Shown: positions 1-8,751 of the stretch, one piece after another
Layout: each line of letters starts with the position of its first letter
Numbering within the stretch: the stretch's first letter is position 1
DNA from: a virus
Lineage: Duplodnaviria > Caudoviricetes
Virus record (IMG/VR): IMGVR_UViG_3300044731_000955
Span: 1-61,473 of that record
Strand: one strand, 5' to 3'
DNA: 61,473 bases
Notes under the pieces: model-generated
Database searches by the model: none
Seen by the model: the letters and a program-made list of their open reading frames with translations, nothing else
Told to the model about the DNA's origin: nothing
Translations under genes and position numbers: made by a program

Positions 1-75
1 AATACCATCACTTGAAGCTATGCCGTAGGCTTGCTCCTTTCCTAGTTTACGATATATAATTTTGATGCGTGCCAC
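1..75 (-). CDS. 5' part of a small phage protein, truncated by the window edge (MARIKIIYRKLGKEQAYGIASSDGI...)
   Basis: GTG at 75-73 just after the stop of the phosphoesterase; open frame to position 1; not in ORF track. Confidence 0.55.
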   Translation of the reverse strand, partial: MARIKIIYRKLGKEQAYGIASSDGI

Positions 76-76
76 A

Positions 77-1081
77 TTAAACAATTTTCCCTTTAAAGAT
101 ACGCTTATTGTTGAATTCAAAGTCTTCTCCGTTGGCATCAAGTTCTACTTCAGCAAAACCATGATTCCACTTATTTAGAGGCATATAGGCGGGATGTAAT
201 TCACTTAGGCAACCCAATGACCATGTGGTAACCATCTTACCCGTAAGGGTCGGTTCTGTGTGTTCTGATGTTTGGTGGTTATGCCCTTGAAATGTACTGA
301 CCTTTGCTTTAAGGAATAATCCTCTAGCAGGATTTACGGGTGCTGATATTCCACCTACATATTCGTGACCATGAATTCCCCAAAGGTTATTTAGTTTCAT
401 TGGTCTTTTATCTCCTATTATTTCTATGCCTCTGGCTCTTGCCTTAATGATATTCTCGAATTCAAACTCTTCTATGCCCACTAATTCACCGGCTTTTTCG
501 TAAAGGAAATGCTCGTATCGTTCCTCGTGGTTTCCAATTTTGAAATATATTTTGCACTTTAGTTCCTTCTCAAAGATATCAAACAAGGCTTTGAATGTAT
601 CTAGTTCTAGCTTAAAGTTTCTTTTCTTTGGGTCTTTTATAAATCTGCTAAGTCTATGGCAGTCAATAGTATCGCCATTTAGTAGTAGTGCATCGGGTTT
701 TGTTTTCTTTGCGTATTGGATGGCTGCCGTTATCGCATCTATGCTATGGTATGGTACATGGATATCAGATAGGATTAAAACTTTCTTATGCCCTTTGAAG
801 ATGTATGGTTCAAATGCAGTTTCATCTGATTTAGGAAGGTTGTAAGGGTTCTTAGGTCTGTCGTCTACTTTATAAAATTCACTATTTTTTACAGATGGTT
901 TTCTAAGGTAATTACCATTTTTGCCTTCAATGTATCTTAAAGATGACCTAGCTCGTTCTTCATTTACGAATGATAGACTATTTTCTGCGTACATTATCCT
1001 AGCTAATTTCTTAGTAGGCATGTCAGGGTGTTTGGTTCGGTAGTTTCTTGCGATTAGGCTGTTCCCGTTGATAGATGACAT
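77..1081 (-). CDS. Calcineurin-like metallophosphoesterase with N-terminal extension
   Basis: Motifs SDIH, NGD, GNHE, HGH, GHNH in canonical order. Confidence 0.88.
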   Translation of the reverse strand: MSSINGNSLIARNYRTKHPDMPTKKLARIMYAENSLSFVNEERARSSLRYIEGKNGNYLRKPSVKNSEFYKVDDRPKNPYNLPKSDETAFEPYIFKGHKKVLILSDIHVPYHSIDAITAAIQYAKKTKPDALLLNGDTIDCHRLSRFIKDPKKRNFKLELDTFKALFDIFEKELKCKIYFKIGNHEERYEHFLYEKAGELVGIEEFEFENIIKARARGIEIIGDKRPMKLNNLWGIHGHEYVGGISAPVNPARGLFLKAKVSTFQGHNHQTSEHTEPTLTGKMVTTWSLGCLSELHPAYMPLNKWNHGFAEVELDANGEDFEFNNKRIFKGKIV

Positions 1082-1086
1082 ATATT

Positions 1087-1557
1087 TTATTTGTATGGAG
1101 AATAGTGTGGTTTTCCATCAACCCTAGTCGCCTTTAAAATTTGTTTTCTTTGTTTACCGGTACTTTCGTAAGATACATGAACCCAATCTGGGTTTTCATT
1201 GGTACCAAATTCCCAAATTAATTGGTCAAATTCTAAATTATCCTTGATGTAATTAAATACCATTTTATTGGTAACCCCATTTGCACTACCATCCATATCC
1301 AAATCTACGGCTTCACCTGTGCTGTGCTGTGATGTGGCTGATGCCCCTTTTGTGCAAGCATTAAGTTCTTTAGACCTATATCCCGAACTAATGTGAATAG
1401 GACAACGGAAATGATTTCTTACTTTTTCAAATACATTTTCTGCTAACAATTTAAAGTTAGCTATATGTTCTTCTGTTGGCATGTTTGATATGCCTTGACG
1501 CTTGGCAGTTTCGCTACGAATTACCTCTGCTAAGGATAGGTGTTCTGAAAGTTTCAT
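1087..1557 (-). CDS. Endolysin, peptidase M15A (Zn D-Ala-D-Ala carboxypeptidase-like)
   Basis: SSGYRS...SQHSTGEAVD...WVHVS motifs; lies after membrane-protein cluster. Confidence 0.88.
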   Translation of the reverse strand: MKLSEHLSLAEVIRSETAKRQGISNMPTEEHIANFKLLAENVFEKVRNHFRCPIHISSGYRSKELNACTKGASATSQHSTGEAVDLDMDGSANGVTNKMVFNYIKDNLEFDQLIWEFGTNENPDWVHVSYESTGKQRKQILKATRVDGKPHYSPYK

Positions 1558-1560
1558 ATG

Positions 1561-1785
1561 TTATGATTTTGTTTCTTCTTTTTTCCATATTTTTTCAGCC
1601 GCAGTTAATCCTAAACAAGCTGCAGCTAACCCAGCAACTGCGTAAACAAGAGCTTCTGATGGGGCTTTGTTTAATTCGCTAAATGAATTATGGTAAGTAG
1701 TAATGCACAATGTTAGTGTGCAAAAAAAACCGCATAATCTTTTCATGCTTAATCTATTGTTATCTTCTGTAAAAAATTGTTTCAT
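1561..1785 (-). CDS. Putative holin (2 TM, basic C-terminus)
   Basis: 74 aa, two hydrophobic segments, immediately upstream of endolysin. Confidence 0.6.
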   Translation of the reverse strand: MKQFFTEDNNRLSMKRLCGFFCTLTLCITTYHNSFSELNKAPSEALVYAVAGLAAACLGLTAAEKIWKKEETKS

Positions 1786-2183
1786 TATTTTAAACTTTGA
1801 AATTGTACTAAAATTATTGCTATAAGGATGATTTTTTGCGCGAAGTCGAGCTTTTCGGCTTGGTAACTTTTGGCTTTGGGGCGGAGTCTAAAGAGGTCAA
1901 CACTTGTTTGATATTTCCCTTTCCAAAGATTGATTGAATCTTCTTTATAATGTATTTTTTTATATATGCTATCATATTTTTCTTTTTTAATTGTTAACGA
2001 ATCTTTTAATGTGTTTATTGTATTGTTATATGAATTAAATAATAAGTTTATTGTATCAGCTTGCGAAACTTTCATTATAACCACTGAGTCACCTCTATAT
2101 AACCTTTTTACGGGGTATTGGGAGTAAGACAAATGGAATGATAGTATCAGCATTAACGCTATCAAGCTTAACTTTAACTTCAT
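1785..2183 (-). CDS. Secreted/membrane protein of lysis cassette (spanin-like candidate)
   Basis: N-terminal signal peptide, coiled-coil middle, C-terminal hydrophobic segment. Confidence 0.45.
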   Translation of the reverse strand: MKLKLSLIALMLILSFHLSYSQYPVKRLYRGDSVVIMKVSQADTINLLFNSYNNTINTLKDSLTIKKEKYDSIYKKIHYKEDSINLWKGKYQTSVDLFRLRPKAKSYQAEKLDFAQKIILIAIILVQFQSLK

Positions 2184-2421
2184 TTAATTCTGTTTTTAAA
2201 TCTTTGTTTTCTTCTTTTAATGTTATTATCGTATTAACGGCTTCCGTTACTATTTGTGATTGTTTTTTACTAGCATCTTTTTGAACTTTAGCACTTGCTT
2301 GTGTGTTTTGCTCTACCTTTAAAAGTAGGTCTTGAAATTCCCTATCTTTTTTTGCAGTTTCACTTTCGTTCTGTGCAGTAGCTTGACATCCAAACAAAAA
2401 TATTAATAAAAAATATCTCAC
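2095..2421 (-). CDS. Lipoprotein, o-spanin candidate
   Basis: MRYFLLIFLFGC lipobox, coiled coil, overlaps downstream gene by 89 nt. Confidence 0.55.
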   Translation of the reverse strand: MRYFLLIFLFGCQATAQNESETAKKDREFQDLLLKVEQNTQASAKVQKDASKKQSQIVTEAVNTIITLKEENKDLKTELNEVKVKLDSVNADTIIPFVLLPIPRKKVI

Positions 2422-2537
2422 TTTTTATTTTTTTTCTCTTTTATTATTTCATATACATAAACCGCCATAAAAGCCCAACACATCCCCACTAATAATAATT
2501 GAATATGAAACCCATAATCGTAAAGAAATTCTCTCAT
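2418..2537 (-). CDS. 39-aa single-TM protein (MREFLYDYGFHIQLLLVGMCWAFMAVYVYEIIKEKKIKK)
   Basis: Coupled at both ends (TAATG at 2539-2535, GTGA at 2421-2418); below ORF-track cutoff. Confidence 0.65.
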   Translation of the reverse strand: MREFLYDYGFHIQLLLVGMCWAFMAVYVYEIIKEKKNKK

Positions 2538-2839
2538 TATTTGATGGATTTAATTGCTCCTAATTCTTGCAATGTTCTTAATTGAGTAGTAGATACAGCT
2601 TTAGCCGAGTCGCTTCTTCTTAAAGCTTCTTGTACTAAATCTAGTCTATTTTCTACCTTTTCAATTCTAACATCTTGAGATTTAGCTTGTGATTGGAATG
2701 TGCTTCTTATATCTACATATAGATAACCTATCGCTATTAAGACAATAAACAAAGTTCCCACTACGGGATTTTTGGCAAAGTCTTTGAAACTTATTGGTAA
2801 TGGATTTGCTCCTATGTTTACTTTTTTACTTGTAGCCAT
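2537..2839 (-). CDS. Single-TM coiled-coil protein (i-spanin/holin candidate)
   Basis: Hydrophobic VVGTLFIVLIAIGYLYV followed by heptad-rich region. Confidence 0.5.
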   Translation of the reverse strand: MATSKKVNIGANPLPISFKDFAKNPVVGTLFIVLIAIGYLYVDIRSTFQSQAKSQDVRIEKVENRLDLVQEALRRSDSAKAVSTTQLRTLQELGAIKSIK

Positions 2840-3390
2840 TAGAATAATTTTTTATATAAGCCTAAGCTTATTTGATTGGTGGTAAAACTAAGCGTATAAG
2901 CCTCTTTTTGCTTCTTATAGTTCAATCCTACTCCTACTCCTATCTTATTATCAAAACGTCTAATATCGCCCAATAGACCTATATAAAGTTCATTCTTAGG
3001 CTTATGGTAGATATTATTGGTAACTACTATTGTCTTTTCAGTTAGATTAGCCTTATATGACCTTCCTATGATTCTATTTTGTGTAATAGTATCTTGAATA
3101 TATACGCTGTTATCCGCATTTATCTGTAAAGTATCCGAATAAGCCTTGATTTTATTGTAGTCATTGACGATATAAGTAGTATCATGTACTTCGTCAATTT
3201 GGTAGAGAGTATCTAAAACGACAAAAGGGATGTCATTCCCTTTCTTATATTTTTTTATTGTATCGTGCTTTATTATTGTGTCTATCTTGGTGATAACTTT
3301 GGTACCACCTCCTCCATTATTAGGGGCTAAAACAAAAAATAGCACCACAACTATAAGTGCTAAGATTAATATGTTTTTAACTATTGCCAC
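2839..3390 (-). CDS. Membrane-anchored protein typical of Bacteroidota phage lysis regions
   Basis: N-terminal TM, repeated DT-I motifs, beta-rich C-terminus ending in F. Confidence 0.55.
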   Translation of the reverse strand: MAIVKNILILALIVVVLFFVLAPNNGGGGTKVITKIDTIIKHDTIKKYKKGNDIPFVVLDTLYQIDEVHDTTYIVNDYNKIKAYSDTLQINADNSVYIQDTITQNRIIGRSYKANLTEKTIVVTNNIYHKPKNELYIGLLGDIRRFDNKIGVGVGLNYKKQKEAYTLSFTTNQISLGLYKKLF

Positions 3391-3559
3391 GCTTTTTTTC
3401 CTTATGCTTAAAATAATAATACCTTAACGCTACCGAACCAGAACAAATACCAATTAAACTAGCAAGTAAGCTAACATATGGTTGAATTGCAGTTATAGAT
3501 ACAGCAGCACTTAATAAACTTACAGATGCAGATATGTCAGCTAATGTGTTATTTCCCAT
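3377..3559 (-). CDS. Small 2-TM membrane protein (holin-like)
   Basis: 60 aa, hydrophobic with basic C-tail; preceded by TATATTTG promoter. Confidence 0.55.
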   Translation of the reverse strand: MGNNTLADISASVSLLSAAVSITAIQPYVSLLASLIGICSGSVALRYYYFKHKEKKRGNS

Positions 3560-3572
3560 GTCAAATTTTTAC

Positions 3573-3580
3573 CAAATATA
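3573..3580 (-). promoter_or_regulatory. Bacteroidota sigmaA -7 element TATATTTG for lysis cassette
   Basis: Matches TAnnTTTG, 13 nt upstream of ATG at 3559. Confidence 0.6.
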
Positions 3581-3602
3581 GCCAATAATTAAATATATTT
3601 AC

Positions 3603-3827
3603 TTATATTGTCCACTTTTTTTCCGGACAAGCGTCTGCTCCCACAGGTGAGAACACTTTAGCACTCGTAGTACAGCCACATTTACCACAATAATCGCGTA
3701 TAGTAGATTGCACCCAAAACTCACAATTAGCACATATTTCAAGTCTTTTTTCAGCCACTTCTTTTTGCTCTTCTGTTGGGTTCATAGCAGTCATATAAGA
3801 CAGCAGGATTTCTTTTACTTTGTTCAT
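3603..3827 (-). CDS. Small Cys-rich metal-binding protein (DUF6171-like)
   Basis: R-x3-CxxC...CxxCGC...K...CP-x2-KW pattern. Confidence 0.65.
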   Translation of the reverse strand: MNKVKEILLSYMTAMNPTEEQKEVAEKRLEICANCEFWVQSTIRDYCGKCGCTTSAKVFSPVGADACPEKKWTI

Positions 3828-4471
3828 AAATTTAGATATGTTTTGTAAGATGATGAAGTATTTGCATTTTTTATGTAATATTTAAACTCTTCATTGTTTT
3901 CATAAGTTTCTTGGTTAAATTCCCAAGGATAATGTCTAGCTACATATGGGTAGGTAGTGCTTGCTCCACCAACAAAATAAGGGGTTCCTTTTTTATACAA
4001 AGCAAAGGTAGTATCTATTGCTATATCTGTGTAGATATTGTTTGTATGAGCAGAATTCCATCTATTTTTTTCGTATGATTGTAGATGGTTATAATATAAT
4101 GAATCTTCTTTTACTATTCCCCAATTCAATCCTAATCCTATCTTATCTAATCCTAATGAGTCCATATTATCTTTTAAATACAAAAGAGTATCTGAAGGTG
4201 TATCTAGTAAACCCACATCTGCGTCCGTTATAACATAATCATAATTTGTTATAACATCACCTAGTATTTGCCAAGGAGCTGTATGCCCTATGTTTTCTGT
4301 TCTGTGTATTGTGCATGGGCTTGTATCATACCATTCTAGAAGTGGTGGATAGTCTGAGCCATTATCTATAATAATAATTTCACCCACTCCTTCGTAAGTT
4401 TTAATCTTATTTACCATTTCTACCACCCAAGTAAATAGATTTCTATTATTTATAATTACAGGTATATTCAT
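3824..4471 (-). CDS. Glycosyltransferase, GT-A/GT2-like
   Basis: IIIIDNGS and VITDAD (DxD) motifs. Confidence 0.8.
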   Translation of the reverse strand: MNIPVIINNRNLFTWVVEMVNKIKTYEGVGEIIIIDNGSDYPPLLEWYDTSPCTIHRTENIGHTAPWQILGDVITNYDYVITDADVGLLDTPSDTLLYLKDNMDSLGLDKIGLGLNWGIVKEDSLYYNHLQSYEKNRWNSAHTNNIYTDIAIDTTFALYKKGTPYFVGGASTTYPYVARHYPWEFNQETYENNEEFKYYIKNANTSSSYKTYLNL

Positions 4472-5025
4472 TAATTATGTACATATAAAACTTTATCAAT
4501 CTTCACATAGTCTTGATATGCTTGCATTACCTTCTCTACAAAGTACCCATCAGCAGCATATTCTTTGCCTAATATTATATTTTTCCCTACATCGTTTCTT
4601 ACTGCAAATGCTCCAATATCTATTTGATTAAACACTAGTGAGCATTCAAAAAAATGGTATTCGTAATGAGAATGCACCATGTCCCAATATATTATTGCTG
4701 GATTAAATTCAGATGCTTTAGATAACTCCTCAACAAAATTTGGGGTGTAATAATTATCATCACCACTCATTACAATATATTTAGCTACACTATTTTGTTT
4801 GCCTAATTCTCTAGGCGTATGTCCCCAATCATTATATGTTTTATCTAATAGTGTATATTTTATTCTGTCATCTTTTACAATGTCAATTTGGTTAAATTCA
4901 TCTACGCTATTATCTATAATTACATTAGCTACCCAATCTGTATTTGTCTGAGCTAATAATGAATAGAGCATACTCTTTAGTTCATTAATTCTATTGTAGG
5001 TTGGTATAATAAAATCTACTATCAT
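4471..5025 (-). CDS. Glycosyltransferase family 2
   Basis: IIPTYNR, SLLAQT, GDDNY motifs. Confidence 0.85.
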   Translation of the reverse strand: MIVDFIIPTYNRINELKSMLYSLLAQTNTDWVANVIIDNSVDEFNQIDIVKDDRIKYTLLDKTYNDWGHTPRELGKQNSVAKYIVMSGDDNYYTPNFVEELSKASEFNPAIIYWDMVHSHYEYHFFECSLVFNQIDIGAFAVRNDVGKNIILGKEYAADGYFVEKVMQAYQDYVKIDKVLYVHN

Positions 5026-5762
5026 TTATTTAAGAAGTCTTTTAGTAATTGGCTGTAATCATATTTCCAATTTGGATTTAGATACACATCACCCGTTGGT
5101 ATTTTACCTTGCATTCTTAACGATTCTATATGTTCAAAATGCCTTACAATTACGCTTGGCTTAGAATCATCATTATCGCTACCCATTCCGGACATATGGT
5201 AACCCCTTCCACCCCATACATAGAACCAACTAACTTCATCATCCGGTGGTGATGCTAGAACTACTTTTTCGGGGAAGTTCTCCTTAATGCTAATAACAAA
5301 TGTCATGTCATAGCCAGCATTTTCTAATGGATGTTTACCCACTCCTTCCCATGCTTCTCTGCTATATACTATACCACTATTACCAAGTGATGTAATGGCT
5401 TGTATATCAGGTACATTAAAAAATATTCCTTTTTGCCAATGCATCAATGCCGTTCCTTCTACAAAATATTTATCTATATTTTTTAGGTGATTTGGTAAGG
5501 CTAAGTCATCGTCATCCCAAACTATAATTGTATCTCCTTTACATTGTGATACTGCAAAGTTTTCTTTATCTCCAATAGTGGGAAATGTATAATCTAAATT
5601 AATTATTCTTACATCTGGATGGTCAAATATTAATTTTTGTTCTGGATAATCATTTACGATTACTAATTCTTTTTCTCCGTCATAATCTTGATTTAAAAAA
5701 GATTGTAAAGACTCTTCTAAATATTCCACTCTTCCGTATGTAATCATCTTGCAAGAAAGCAT
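5022..5762 (-). CDS. Glycosyltransferase family 2
   Basis: TYGR...SFLNQDY...ELVIVND...WDDDD motifs. Confidence 0.85.
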   Translation of the reverse strand: MLSCKMITYGRVEYLEESLQSFLNQDYDGEKELVIVNDYPEQKLIFDHPDVRIINLDYTFPTIGDKENFAVSQCKGDTIIVWDDDDLALPNHLKNIDKYFVEGTALMHWQKGIFFNVPDIQAITSLGNSGIVYSREAWEGVGKHPLENAGYDMTFVISIKENFPEKVVLASPPDDEVSWFYVWGGRGYHMSGMGSDNDDSKPSVIVRHFEHIESLRMQGKIPTGDVYLNPNWKYDYSQLLKDFLNK

Positions 5763-5768
5763 AATTTA

Positions 5769-6698
5769 TTATTTTAAAACTGTTTTTAAAGCTGTTTCGC
5801 ATATCTCATTCCAATAATAAGAAGATGCTCTATCGGGGCTGATTTGAAGGTCGGCGCCATAGGGCAATTTATTTATGTATTCACCCTTAAAGAATAATCC
5901 ACTAATAGAATCTGTAACGCCTGCGTTATGCAGTATAGTATATGTTTCTACATCTGAGTAATTGTTAGTAACCCACCCAAAATCCATTCTTTTATCTACT
6001 CTTGTTTCATGCCCAAAGTACCATGCGTTCCAAAGAAAAGACCACATTCCTGCTGTCCACTTTTGAATAGGATAATCTCCGTCATGCTTCATTTTATAAT
6101 TTGGTTCTTCGTCACAGAAATATTTATATAAAATAATAGAGTCTAGTTCAACCTTTTCCCAAAATTCAAAGGTGGTATTTTTAACTATGTATTGCGCTCC
6201 CCCAGAATTATTATTCAAAAGCTTTGGTATTAATTTGTCAATGCCAATTATCTCACACATCTTTTCATACACATGATTGCCCTTCTGTTGAATATAATCG
6301 TAATTTATGTAGCTGTTTGTATCACTTAAAAACCATGAATTGCCCGCTATCATTGAATTAAACTCCGGTTTCTTTGTGAAAACAATATCCGAATCATGTA
6401 AAAATAAAACCTCATTCTGCAACTCCGGATGAGCTAGTAAATGTTGTTTCATTAGATTAAAGTAAACGGATGGGATATAAAATTTATCTACCCTATTATC
6501 ATTATAAAAAAAGAAATTAACCGGATATGTCTCTTTTAATTTTTGCCAATCATCGGGTATAATATCATTATCAATGGAACATACTATGTTAATACAATCT
6601 GTATCAACGCCCATTTTTATAAAATTATTAATTAGAACCTCGCACTGCCAAGTGTAGTATGGTATAGCGGGTTGGCAACAGACGTATCTTAACTTCAT
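5769..6698 (-). CDS. Glycosyltransferase resembling GT96/GT95 (peptidyl-serine galactosyl- / Hyp arabinosyltransferase-like)
   Basis: YYTWQ near N-terminus, LHDSD DxD, GGAQYI, WTAGMW; same motif order as plant SERGT1/HPAT. Confidence 0.6.
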   Translation of the reverse strand: MKLRYVCCQPAIPYYTWQCEVLINNFIKMGVDTDCINIVCSIDNDIIPDDWQKLKETYPVNFFFYNDNRVDKFYIPSVYFNLMKQHLLAHPELQNEVLFLHDSDIVFTKKPEFNSMIAGNSWFLSDTNSYINYDYIQQKGNHVYEKMCEIIGIDKLIPKLLNNNSGGAQYIVKNTTFEFWEKVELDSIILYKYFCDEEPNYKMKHDGDYPIQKWTAGMWSFLWNAWYFGHETRVDKRMDFGWVTNNYSDVETYTILHNAGVTDSISGLFFKGEYINKLPYGADLQISPDRASSYYWNEICETALKTVLK

Positions 6699-6709
6699 AC
6701 TTTTTTTAG

Positions 6710-6717
6710 CAAAGTTA
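6710..6717 (-). promoter_or_regulatory. -7 element TAACTTTG upstream of GT operon
   Basis: TAnnTTTG 11 nt upstream of ATG at 6698, adjacent to TTAATTAAATTAA motif. Confidence 0.5.
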
Positions 6718-6736
6718 TTTAATTAAATTAATAAAC

Positions 6737-7114
6737 CTAATATTCTTTGTAAGATTTTTCTTCGGTTAGTTCTGAGCCGTATTTTGTATTGATTTGTTTT
6801 TTGATGATGGCTCTGACATCGTTTAATTGGTAAACCTCCCGAGCTAGTTCTACGAACTTATCTCCAAAGTCTTTTTTGTGTTCATAGTCCCTTAAACTAT
6901 CTTCTACTGCCCATAGTTTTTTGTTTATGGAGTATAGCTCTTGTACTAATGGGTCTATTAAAATGACTGAGTGCTTTTTATTTAGGGCGTTTTTTACCAT
7001 TTTCCACTCTTTGTCTATGTTTATAAGCTTTTCTGTATCGTGTATTAAAAGCTTTTTTATGGTTAGGATGGTATATTTGTCCACCACTTCACCGATGCTG
7101 ACTTCTATTTTCAT
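6737..7114 (-). CDS. DUF6165-like protein (commonly next to glycosyltransferases)
   Basis: EVSIGEVVDKYTIL...LWAVED...FVELAREVYQLND-R...EEKSY signature. Confidence 0.75.
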   Translation of the reverse strand: MKIEVSIGEVVDKYTILTIKKLLIHDTEKLINIDKEWKMVKNALNKKHSVILIDPLVQELYSINKKLWAVEDSLRDYEHKKDFGDKFVELAREVYQLNDVRAIIKKQINTKYGSELTEEKSYKEY

Positions 7115-7168
7115 GGGCTAAAGATAAGATTTTTACCATTAATCATTAATTTAATTAAATTAATTCCA

Positions 7169-7176
7169 TAGCTTTG
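7169..7176 (+). promoter_or_regulatory. -7 element TAGCTTTG for plus-strand GT operon
   Basis: TAnnTTTG in divergent intergenic region, preceded by AT palindromic motif. Confidence 0.5.
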
Positions 7177-7220
7177 TGGTAACTAAAACAAATAACGAAT
7201 AAACCTAAAAAATACAAAAA

Positions 7221-7328
7221 ATGAAAGAAACACTATTGATAGTATTATTAATTGTAATTATTATTTTTATTATCTCATATTATTGTGCTAAATGGCACAC
7301 TAAAACTTATGATGACCCATTTCTATAA
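7221..7328 (+). CDS. 35-aa single-TM peptide (MKETLLIVLLIVIIIFIISYYCAKWHTKTYDDPFL)
   Basis: A-rich leader then ATG, clear hydrophobic helix; below ORF-track cutoff. Confidence 0.5.
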   Translation: MKETLLIVLLIVIIIFIISYYCAKWHTKTYDDPFL

Positions 7329-7386
7329 CCAAAACAATATAAAAGAGCATTACCCAAGTGATGAAAATACACTAAATAAATAACAT

Positions 7387-8751
7387 ATGCCTACAAGCTA
7401 CCCGCTCTACAAAGATTCTGTCCGAAATTGGTTTCTGCAAAATGTCCCTTTAGATACTACTATATTAGATATTGGAGCAGGATGTGGTACTTATAGTGAT
7501 TTGATTCGTGGTTATGGTTATAAAATGGATGCGGTAGAAATATGGGAGCCATACATAAACCAATATGGGTTAAAGAATAAGTATGGGTGGGTGTATGAAG
7601 AGAATGTCCTTAAAATGCCCCTTGATGTACTTGGAGCCTATGACTTTTATATATTGGGTGATATTTTGGAACATTTGTCTGTGGAAGATGCCCAATGGCT
7701 CATGAATTTTTTAAAGATAAAAGGTAAACAATATCTTATAGCTGTGCCTTATGTTATGGAGCAAGGTGAGTATGAAGGCAATGTCCATGAAACCCACTTA
7801 CAGCCTGACCTTACGCCAGAAATAATGCTAGAAAGATACCATGATTTAGAACTGCTTTATGGCAATAATTTCTATGGTTATTACACAAATAAAAAACAAA
7901 AACATGAGAAAGCTTACGTCCTTTATGCTGATGATTCCTATTATGACCTTGTGGATGCTTGTTGTCGTTCCATTAGAAATTTTAGTGATTACCCTATATA
8001 TGTTTATATGCTTAATTCTTCTCAAAAGGTGAATGTGGTAAATACCATTACTAAAAGATGGGATTGTGATGTAATACATTTAAAGAAGCGTAATGATTAT
8101 ATAGTTAGAGAAGATAAGCAGATATATAAGCTACTGATTGAAAGACCTAAGATAGTAAGAGATGCTTTGAAATATGCTGAAACCGTTGCCTATATTGACA
8201 CAGATAGCATAGCAAACTGGAACGTAGATTCTATTTTTGATTATTATGATGTAGAATCAGACTACCCATATTTTACAAAGGGAATATATGATTTCTTAAT
8301 AATTAATGGTAAAGGTGGTGCGAGTAGTTATGATGACTTGAGTGATACATTGGAAGCGCCATTGTGTGAATTGTTTAAATCAGACCAATCAATAAGAAAA
8401 TTTACTGGCTATAGGCAAACTGGTTACTTTGTTGCCGGTCAAAAATCTATTGATTTCTTAGATATTTGGGCGCATAGATGTCAACACCCAATGATATTAA
8501 AAGACAATGCAAGATATGCTCCATACAATGAAGAAAGCGTTCTGCAAACGTTATTATATGATTTTAATGCACACAAAGGATTACCATTAATTTATGTCAA
8601 TGGATTACGCAAGGGGCTTGAGTTTAAAGGATATGAATACTTTATGGGTGAATGGTTTAAAGTACCTGCACAAAAAGATGATTTACTTTTTTACCATGGA
8701 GAAAAAGATATAAATAAGATTAATGAATTTATAGAATATTTAAAGTTATGA
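7387..8751 (+). CDS. Class I SAM methyltransferase fused to GT-A glycosyltransferase
   Basis: ILDIGAGCG and GDILEHL in N-half; YIDTDSI DxD in C-half. Confidence 0.75.
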   Translation: MPTSYPLYKDSVRNWFLQNVPLDTTILDIGAGCGTYSDLIRGYGYKMDAVEIWEPYINQYGLKNKYGWVYEENVLKMPLDVLGAYDFYILGDILEHLSVEDAQWLMNFLKIKGKQYLIAVPYVMEQGEYEGNVHETHLQPDLTPEIMLERYHDLELLYGNNFYGYYTNKKQKHEKAYVLYADDSYYDLVDACCRSIRNFSDYPIYVYMLNSSQKVNVVNTITKRWDCDVIHLKKRNDYIVREDKQIYKLLIERPKIVRDALKYAETVAYIDTDSIANWNVDSIFDYYDVESDYPYFTKGIYDFLIINGKGGASSYDDLSDTLEAPLCELFKSDQSIRKFTGYRQTGYFVAGQKSIDFLDIWAHRCQHPMILKDNARYAPYNEESVLQTLLYDFNAHKGLPLIYVNGLRKGLEFKGYEYFMGEWFKVPAQKDDLLFYHGEKDINKINEFIEYLKL

